The notes under the pieces: generated by a model
Told to the model about the DNA's origin: nothing
Database searches by the model: none
The model's input: the letters and a program-made list of their open reading frames with translations, nothing else
In this document: positions 57,727 to 64,000 of the stretch, piece by piece
Layout of the letters: each line of letters starts with the position of its first letter
Position numbering within the stretch: the first letter of the stretch is position 1
Source: Caldisericia bacterium
Lineage (GTDB): Bacteria > Caldisericota > Caldisericia > JAAYUI01
Assembly (NCBI GenBank): GCA_963674785.1
Contig: OY771555.1
Span: 2,112,001 to 2,176,000, forward strand
Direction of reading: 5' to 3'
DNA length: 64,000 nucleotides
Program-made: the position numbers and the translations under genes

Positions 57727-59076
57727 TTAAATCTTCTGCCTTGGATCAAGTGCATCTCGGAGTCCATCACCCAAGAAGAAGAAGGAAACAACAACCAAGA
57801 AAATCAAGAAACCTGCAAAAAGTCCAGGCCATGGGTACTCGAGGAAATACACGTTGGCTTCACTGATAAGTGCTCCCCAAGTTGGAGTCGTAATTGGGTT
57901 AACACCAAGGCCAAGGAAGGAAAGACCAGATTCTGAAAGAACTGTTGATCCAACTCTCATCGAAAGCTGAGTAATAACGGGTGCAACAGAGTTTGGAAGA
58001 ACATGCTTGAATATAATTCTCATGTTTCCGGCACCAATAGCTTTTGCAGCTTCAGTGTATTCTTTTGATCTTTCTGCAAGGAACTGTCCTCTGGTCATCC
58101 TTGCATTTCCAGACCATCCAAATACAGAGAATATCATAATAATAACAAAAACAGAGTTTCCTCCAGGTAACGATGCAGTAAGAACCATATAAAGCGGGAG
58201 GGTGGGGATTGTACCCATAAGTTCGATCGTTCTCATAAGAACGGCATCAGCAAATCCGCCAAAATAACCGCCGATTGACCCAAAGAAAATTCCAAGGAAA
58301 CCACAGATAAGGGTAACTGAAAATCCAATTGTCAAAGAGACTCTACCACCATATGCAAGTCTTGGAAGAATATCATGACCAGAATTATCAGTGCCAAGGA
58401 GATGTCTCTTGGCCTCACCACGATCAACTTCCCTTGGTTTTCCTTCGTTTTTACCAGAGGTAATAATCTGATCATCAAGAACATCAAATGGAGGGTTATG
58501 CTCAATAATCTGACCGGTCTGGGTTACAAGTTTTGTATGTGATTTTCCAACAAAAAATTCCTTTAAAACGCGTGGACCATCGGATTCAACTTCGATTGGC
58601 ATTCCACGACTGTCAAAGGCTTTTTCTTTTACAATATCAAGTTCTTCAACATACCCGTAAGACTTTACAGTGTATGAGTAAAAATCTCTATATCTGGGAT
58701 CCTTGAAGGTTTCCATATTGATTGTCGCCGTACCAGTTTCCATATCAATATCAGTAAACCAGAAACCCTCTGGATATTTTTCTGGATCATTCCAGTCAGA
58801 GTCGGTGATAGAAACAGCAATACCCGGGAAAGAACCTGGTTTTGCTTTCATATGTAAACTTGTGTAGTTAAACTGATACCCTGTTGCAGACTCAATTATT
58901 GGGGCAACCATCGTAAACACAAAGAGCATAATAAATATTATGAGACCAGTAACAGCAAGTTTGTGCCTACTGAATCTCTCCCAAATAGCTTTTCCAAGGG
59001 AGTAACTTGAGGCATCTAGGATCTCTTTCTGATTCGGATTATCAATAACTGTGATTTTTTTCTTTTTTGTAGCCAT
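57727..59076 (-). CDS. Peptide ABC permease (OppC-like) with large insertion
   Basis: HLLGTD, YTEAAKAIGA and GDGLRDALDP motifs. Confidence 0.9.
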   Translation of the reverse strand: MATKKKKITVIDNPNQKEILDASSYSLGKAIWERFSRHKLAVTGLIIFIMLFVFTMVAPIIESATGYQFNYTSLHMKAKPGSFPGIAVSITDSDWNDPEKYPEGFWFTDIDMETGTATINMETFKDPRYRDFYSYTVKSYGYVEELDIVKEKAFDSRGMPIEVESDGPRVLKEFFVGKSHTKLVTQTGQIIEHNPPFDVLDDQIITSGKNEGKPREVDRGEAKRHLLGTDNSGHDILPRLAYGGRVSLTIGFSVTLICGFLGIFFGSIGGYFGGFADAVLMRTIELMGTIPTLPLYMVLTASLPGGNSVFVIIMIFSVFGWSGNARMTRGQFLAERSKEYTEAAKAIGAGNMRIIFKHVLPNSVAPVITQLSMRVGSTVLSESGLSFLGLGVNPITTPTWGALISEANVYFLEYPWPGLFAGFLIFLVVVSFFFLGDGLRDALDPRQKI

Positions 59077-59093
59077 CTTTTATACCCCCTTTC

Positions 59094-60062
59094 CTATGAA
59101 TACCTTATTCTTGGATCGACAACAGCATACAGGATATCCTGAAGAAGAAGCGAGATCAGAGTAAGCATTGAGAAGAATGTCAAAACACCCATTGAAACAG
59201 GAATATCACTCTTTAAAACGGCATCAAACATGAGTTTACCCATTCCATTGATATTAAACATTTTTTCAACAATAACTGAGCCACCAAACAGCATTCTCAA
59301 TGTGAAAGCAAAAATTGTAACAATTGGAATTAAAGCATTTCTGAGTGCATGTTTGTAGATAACTCTATTTTCAGCGAGACCTTTTGATCTTGCTGTTCTC
59401 ACATAGTCCTGCCTGATGACCTCGAGCATAGATGTCCTCATGTATCTTGAAAGTGACGCAATAGATCCCAATACACCCATACCCACAGGAAGAATGAGGT
59501 TTCTAGCCTGATCTAAAAACCGCATCACAATATTTAAGGAGTCGTGGTTGTCCCACAAGCTCCACCCAATCGGAAGCCATTTAAGTAGAGCTCCAAATAT
59601 AAGCATCAATATCAAACCAAACCAAAATGTCGGAAGTGATATACCTATATACGAGAAGAAAGTGAGTGTATAGTCCGCTGTGGAGTATTGCCGCCGTGCA
59701 GAGAATATTCCAAGAGGAAGACCAGCGAGAAGTCCAATAATCAAAACGGATGCTTGGATTTTCATCGTAATCGGCAACCGCATAGCAACCAAATCCCACA
59801 CAGGTTTCTTACTGTAAATTGATTTTCCCCAATCCCACTCAAATAAAACTTTGCTGATCCATTTGAAGTATCCGATATACCAAGGGTCATTAAACCCCGA
59901 CCATTCACGCATTCGGTTAATTGCGTCAATATTCCTCGGATTCAGAACCTCCATTTGTTTAAAAGGATCGCCAGGCAATCTCAGCATGAAATAAATGAGC
60001 CCAGTGATCAAAAACAGCATCAGTACAAAAATAATCAATCGTCTTATAATGTAGTTGCCCAC
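59094..60062 (-). CDS. Peptide ABC permease (OppB-like)
   Basis: PGDP, DYVRTARSKG and DPRIRY motifs. Confidence 0.92.
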   Translation of the reverse strand: MGNYIIRRLIIFVLMLFLITGLIYFMLRLPGDPFKQMEVLNPRNIDAINRMREWSGFNDPWYIGYFKWISKVLFEWDWGKSIYSKKPVWDLVAMRLPITMKIQASVLIIGLLAGLPLGIFSARRQYSTADYTLTFFSYIGISLPTFWFGLILMLIFGALLKWLPIGWSLWDNHDSLNIVMRFLDQARNLILPVGMGVLGSIASLSRYMRTSMLEVIRQDYVRTARSKGLAENRVIYKHALRNALIPIVTIFAFTLRMLFGGSVIVEKMFNINGMGKLMFDAVLKSDIPVSMGVLTFFSMLTLISLLLQDILYAVVDPRIRYS

Positions 60063-60113
60063 ATCCGTTCACCTTTCTGGGTCACAAACAAATGAACCCA
60101 TAACCTTTCACCT

Positions 60114-60150
60114 AAAAAAAGCCCCTGGTATTTTCGAAACCAGGGGCTTT
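60114..60150 (-). terminator. Intrinsic terminator after the SBP gene
   Basis: AAAGCCCCTGGT-loop-ACCAGGGGCTTT with a T-run on the minus strand. Confidence 0.85.
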
Positions 60151-60163
60151 ATTTCTTAACCTA

Positions 60164-62326
60164 TTAATTCTCCAGATACCAGAACTCGCAGTTCCAGTTT
60201 GGTGGAGCTTGAGCGCCTGTTGGAAGGTAGTTCTCAAGATTATATTTTGTTACGTCAACATTGTATCTGTTATAGAGCGGAAGTGCTGGAAGCTCTTCTG
60301 CCCAGATGGCAAACTCTCTATTGAAAAGTTCCTGAAGTTCATCATCAGGTCTTTCACCAAGAATCTTTTCAACAAGTTCCTGATGCTCGTCATCTCCATA
60401 CCAGCCACCCATGTTCTGACCGACCCAACCATTATCTTCGGCTGGGATCTGCTCTCTTGAGAAAAGGTTGCAGTTTGGTCTGATTGGATTTGATACCCAA
60501 GCAAACTCAACTGCTTCAAACTGGTGTCTTCTGAGGTAATCACCACCAAAAAGAACAGTTGCTGATTTGAAATCTGATGTAGCATTGATTCCAACAGCAT
60601 CCCACATCTTAATGATGTTTTCAACGGATGCAGTTCTAAATGGCTGACCAGATGCAGTTGCAAGTGAGAATTTAAATTTCTTCACTTCCCCATTTATTTC
60701 CTTTTCTCTGACGCCATCTTTGCCGATTACCCAACCGGCTTCTTCAAGAAGCTGTTCGGCTTTTGCAGGATTGTATTCATACTTTTTGAAAGCATCCATC
60801 TCTTCTGCTTTTTTGTAGTATTTTGATCTTCTTGTTAACCAGAGATGTGATGGTGAGAAAACACCCTGTGAAACAAGCTTGCAAAGTTTTTCACGATCAA
60901 GTGCGTAAAGAAGAGCCTGTCTTACACGTTTGTCTCCAAAAAGATATTCAAGACCGAGATCATCTTCATTTTCTGGATCATCTGCAAACTGGTTGAGGTC
61001 GATATGTTCCCAACCTGTGCTTTCGACATAGTGGAATTTGTAAGTACCACTCAGGTCATCTTCAATTTCTTTTGCATCAAGTGGTGAGAAAGCATTGTAG
61101 ACCATGTCAATATCACCGGCTCTGAGATTGAGTTTGATTGTGTTTGCATCAGACATAAATTTGACTCTGATTTTTGGAATGAGTGGCTGAGCATAAGCAG
61201 AATATGGGTTTGGTTCGAAGTCAAAATAGTTACCTTCATTCCATTCGGTCATTTTGTATGGACCAAACATGTAATCATAATAATCCTGTCTTACATTATG
61301 ATTATCAGGATCAGTGATTAATTCGGTTTCGTACATTGCTTTATATGAGAGTCCGGGAAGAGACCAAGTCGCATATGTGTATTCTTCATTAAACTGAACT
61401 GAAACAGTGTATTTGTCAAGCTTTGTAACTTTGTCAACCTTCCAGTCTCCCGATCTTGAGGTTGCCTGGAGAATTGGACACATACCTTCTCTGACACCAT
61501 AGATAACATCATCAGCTGTTACTTCGTGATATCTGCTTCCCTCTGGCTCATCTGGAAGTGGTGGCCAGTAGATTCCTGGTCTGAGTTCATATGTAACAGT
61601 CATTTTGTCTTTTCCGGTAATTTCATCATGGAAAAGATCAACTGCACCGTTTTCAAGTGAAGGGACTCTCTTAAGTGCTTTCGGGAAAAGAATTGATTCG
61701 TTACCATATTCAATACCGCCAGTTCCCATAAATCTGACAAGGAATGTTCTAGACATTGAACTGCTAACAAACGGATTAAGTGTGTCTGGTTCTTGCTGTG
61801 TGACACAGGTGAGAACCTGTTCTGGGTCTGTGTTTGGTGGGAACTGTGTTCTGTAGAGAAGGAAGGCAGCTTCTGCATATGATGGTGCTTCTGCCCAAGC
61901 TGTTTCTCTGTATCTGTATGTGAGAAGATTATAAAGTGGTCTTGCTGCCATGTTGAAATATGGGACATATTCTTCTGGAATTGTTTCTTCATCAAGAGCG
62001 AGACACCATGCTGGGAAGTCATATTCTGAAACATTGTCTTTGATTGCGTCATTGTTATCGATTGCAAACTTAAACATTTCAGCTCTTGTGAAATCTTCGC
62101 CAGTGTATTCAAGGTCTTTACCAAGAACAAGGCTCAATCCTGCTGCAAATGTATCTGCTGGAATAGCATCGTCAGGGTTTTCTACTCCCGGTAGAATTGA
62201 CTCTTCAGTGACATAGTTTATGTACTTCTGAAGTGAATGTTCTTCTTCAGCACCCACTGGTGCGATAGATGCGAATAGCATCAAAACCATTGATAAAGAC
62301 AGTAAAATAGACAAGAATCTTCTCAT
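60164..62326 (-). CDS. Peptide ABC substrate-binding protein (family 5) with N-terminal SLH-like extension
   Basis: SPase I signal (VGA-EE); TRAEM and YAEAA motifs; QEPDTLNP, GPY, VRQALLYALDR and LPLY motifs. Confidence 0.85.
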   Translation of the reverse strand: MRRFLSILLSLSMVLMLFASIAPVGAEEEHSLQKYINYVTEESILPGVENPDDAIPADTFAAGLSLVLGKDLEYTGEDFTRAEMFKFAIDNNDAIKDNVSEYDFPAWCLALDEETIPEEYVPYFNMAARPLYNLLTYRYRETAWAEAPSYAEAAFLLYRTQFPPNTDPEQVLTCVTQQEPDTLNPFVSSSMSRTFLVRFMGTGGIEYGNESILFPKALKRVPSLENGAVDLFHDEITGKDKMTVTYELRPGIYWPPLPDEPEGSRYHEVTADDVIYGVREGMCPILQATSRSGDWKVDKVTKLDKYTVSVQFNEEYTYATWSLPGLSYKAMYETELITDPDNHNVRQDYYDYMFGPYKMTEWNEGNYFDFEPNPYSAYAQPLIPKIRVKFMSDANTIKLNLRAGDIDMVYNAFSPLDAKEIEDDLSGTYKFHYVESTGWEHIDLNQFADDPENEDDLGLEYLFGDKRVRQALLYALDREKLCKLVSQGVFSPSHLWLTRRSKYYKKAEEMDAFKKYEYNPAKAEQLLEEAGWVIGKDGVREKEINGEVKKFKFSLATASGQPFRTASVENIIKMWDAVGINATSDFKSATVLFGGDYLRRHQFEAVEFAWVSNPIRPNCNLFSREQIPAEDNGWVGQNMGGWYGDDEHQELVEKILGERPDDELQELFNREFAIWAEELPALPLYNRYNVDVTKYNLENYLPTGAQAPPNWNCEFWYLEN

Positions 62327-62558
62327 ATTGCTCCTTTCGAGGATGGCATGGAACACACCATCATAGCAAGTAAACACATGTTTGGATTAAACATACAATC
62401 TCTCATTTGCTCTATTCTAGCAATATACAAATCAAAAGGCAAGTCCTCAAAACTTATCCAACATGTCATATGAAGCACATTAAGAAGATTCAGTATCATT
62501 CCACACATTCCCAAATTATCTAACAAAGCAATATTTTCCCATATAGCTTAATCTGGTG

Positions 62559-64000
62559 TTACTGTTCCAAATACCAAAAAACACAGTTCCAATTGTGAGG
62601 CGCGATTGATCCAGTTGGTTTATAGTTTTCCAAATTATACTTTGTTACATCAACAGAATATCTATTGTAGAGTGGAAGTGCCGGAAGCTCTTCTGCCCAG
62701 ATGGCAAACTCTCTATTGAAAAGCTCCTGAAGTTCATCATCAGGTTGCTCCATCTGAATAGCTTCAACAAGCTCTTCATGTTCATCGTCACCATACCAAC
62801 CACCCATGTTCTGTCCCGACCAGCCGTTTTCCTCAACCGGCATCTGTTCTCTTGAGAAAAGGTCACAATTTGGCCTTATGGGATTTGAAGTCCATGCAAA
62901 CTCAACCGCTTCAAATTGATGTCTTCTTAAGTAGTCACCACCAAAAAGAACGGTTGATGACTTGAAATCAGAGGTTACCCTAACTCCAATAGCATCCCAC
63001 ATCTTAATGATGTTTTCAACAGATGCAGTTCTAAATGGCTGACCAGATGCTGTTGCAAGAAAAAATTTGAGCTGAGTCTTCTTGCCATCTTCAATAGTTT
63101 TTGTTCGAATTCCATCTTCAAGTTTCCAACCGGCATCTTCAAGAAGCTGTTCGGCTTTTGCAGGATTGTATTCATACTTTTTGAAAGCATCCATCTCTTC
63201 GGCTTTTTTGTAGTATTTTGAGAGCCTTGATAACCAAAGATGGGATGTTGTAAAAATCCCCTTAGAAACCATTTTACAAAGCTTTTCACGATCAAGTGCA
63301 TAAAGAAGAGCCTGTCTTACATGTTTGTCTCCAAAAAGATATTCAAGACCGAGATCATCTTCATTTTCTGGATCATCTGCAAACTGGTTAAGGTCGATGT
63401 GTTCCCAACCTGTGCTTTCGACATAGTGGAATTTATATGTACCGTTCAAATCATCTTCAATCTCTTTTGCATCAAGTGGTGAAAAAGCGTTGTAAACAAC
63501 ATCAATCTCTCCGGCTTTGAGGTTCAATTTAATCGTATTTGCATCTGACATGAATTTGACTCTGATATTCGGTATCAATGGTTGTGCAAACACCGAATAA
63601 GGATTAGGTTCAAAGTCAATGAAATTACCCTCGTTCCATTCTTTGATTCTGTACGGTCCAAAATAAGTATCGATAAAGTCCTGTCTTACATTATGATTGT
63701 CAGGATCAGTGATTAATTCAGTTTCGTACATTGCTTTATATGAGAGACCCGGCAACCCCCATGCCGCATAAGCATACATTTCGTTGAACTGAATTTCGAC
63801 AGTATATTTATCAATCTTAATTACCTTATCGATCTTCCAGTCTCCCGATCTTGTTATTGCCTGAAGAATTGGACACATTCCTTCTCTAACACCATAAAGG
63901 ACATCATCAGCTGTGATTTCATGAATTTTACTTCCTTCTGGTTCACCAGGAAGTGCTGGCCAATAGAGAGATGATCTTAATCTATAAACAACCTTCATCT
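62559..64000 (-). CDS. Paralogous peptide ABC substrate-binding protein (5' end outside window)
   Basis: Closely similar to the 60164-62326 protein; open to the window edge. Confidence 0.88.
   Translation of the reverse strand, partial: MKVVYRLRSSLYWPALPGEPEGSKIHEITADDVLYGVREGMCPILQAITRSGDWKIDKVIKIDKYTVEIQFNEMYAYAAWGLPGLSYKAMYETELITDPDNHNVRQDFIDTYFGPYRIKEWNEGNFIDFEPNPYSVFAQPLIPNIRVKFMSDANTIKLNLKAGEIDVVYNAFSPLDAKEIEDDLNGTYKFHYVESTGWEHIDLNQFADDPENEDDLGLEYLFGDKHVRQALLYALDREKLCKMVSKGIFTTSHLWLSRLSKYYKKAEEMDAFKKYEYNPAKAEQLLEDAGWKLEDGIRTKTIEDGKKTQLKFFLATASGQPFRTASVENIIKMWDAIGVRVTSDFKSSTVLFGGDYLRRHQFEAVEFAWTSNPIRPNCDLFSREQMPVEENGWSGQNMGGWYGDDEHEELVEAIQMEQPDDELQELFNREFAIWAEELPALPLYNRYSVDVTKYNLENYKPTGSIAPHNWNCVFWYLEQ

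Overview
This is a gene-dense, AT-rich bacterial chromosomal segment from an anaerobe. The repeated copper-amine-oxidase-N/NHL surface proteins, csaB and SLH-like peptide-binding proteins suggest a Caldisericota/Firmicutes-like organism (inference only). In order it contains: a partial PrsA-like foldase; the pyrR-B-C-K-D-F-E operon; a large KP-43-like subtilase with an IPTL-CTERM-type tail plus exosortase and partner membrane protein; tRNA-Glu/Lys; prfA-prmC-trxB-pepP; a ferredoxin; a long buk-crt-DUF4388-NHL-tagA-csaB-comF-ECF-HMA operon; a precursor peptide plus radical SAM/SPASM pair; mraY; M18 peptidase-dut; pilM-like-plsY-tsaC; a duplicated-domain lipoprotein; aldehyde dehydrogenase; rpiB-glyA-wecA-wecB-murA-murC-acyl-CoA dehydrogenase-arsC; two surface TlpA fusions; nif3, an ABC pair, pspC and tRNA-Ala; lspA-divIVA; and a composite peptide ABC transporter cluster. 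No transposase, integrase, CRISPR array or rRNA was seen. The best leads are: (1) a minimal, probably uncharacterised RiPP locus (63-aa precursor with core CGCPNYRCWQNG, a hairpin, and an RRE-rSAM-SPASM enzyme); (2) a hidden selenoprotein, a two-domain HMA metallochaperone with UGA at the first Cys of CxxC and a SECIS-like hairpin; (3) an exosortase-sorted giant subtilase whose catalytic Asp is replaced; (4) comF split at an in-phase T_TTA_AAC heptamer; (5) a candidate sRNA/antisense small-ORF pair; (6) MraY lacking its essential Asp; (7) several leaderless genes. All calls come from manual motif reading; no database search was run.
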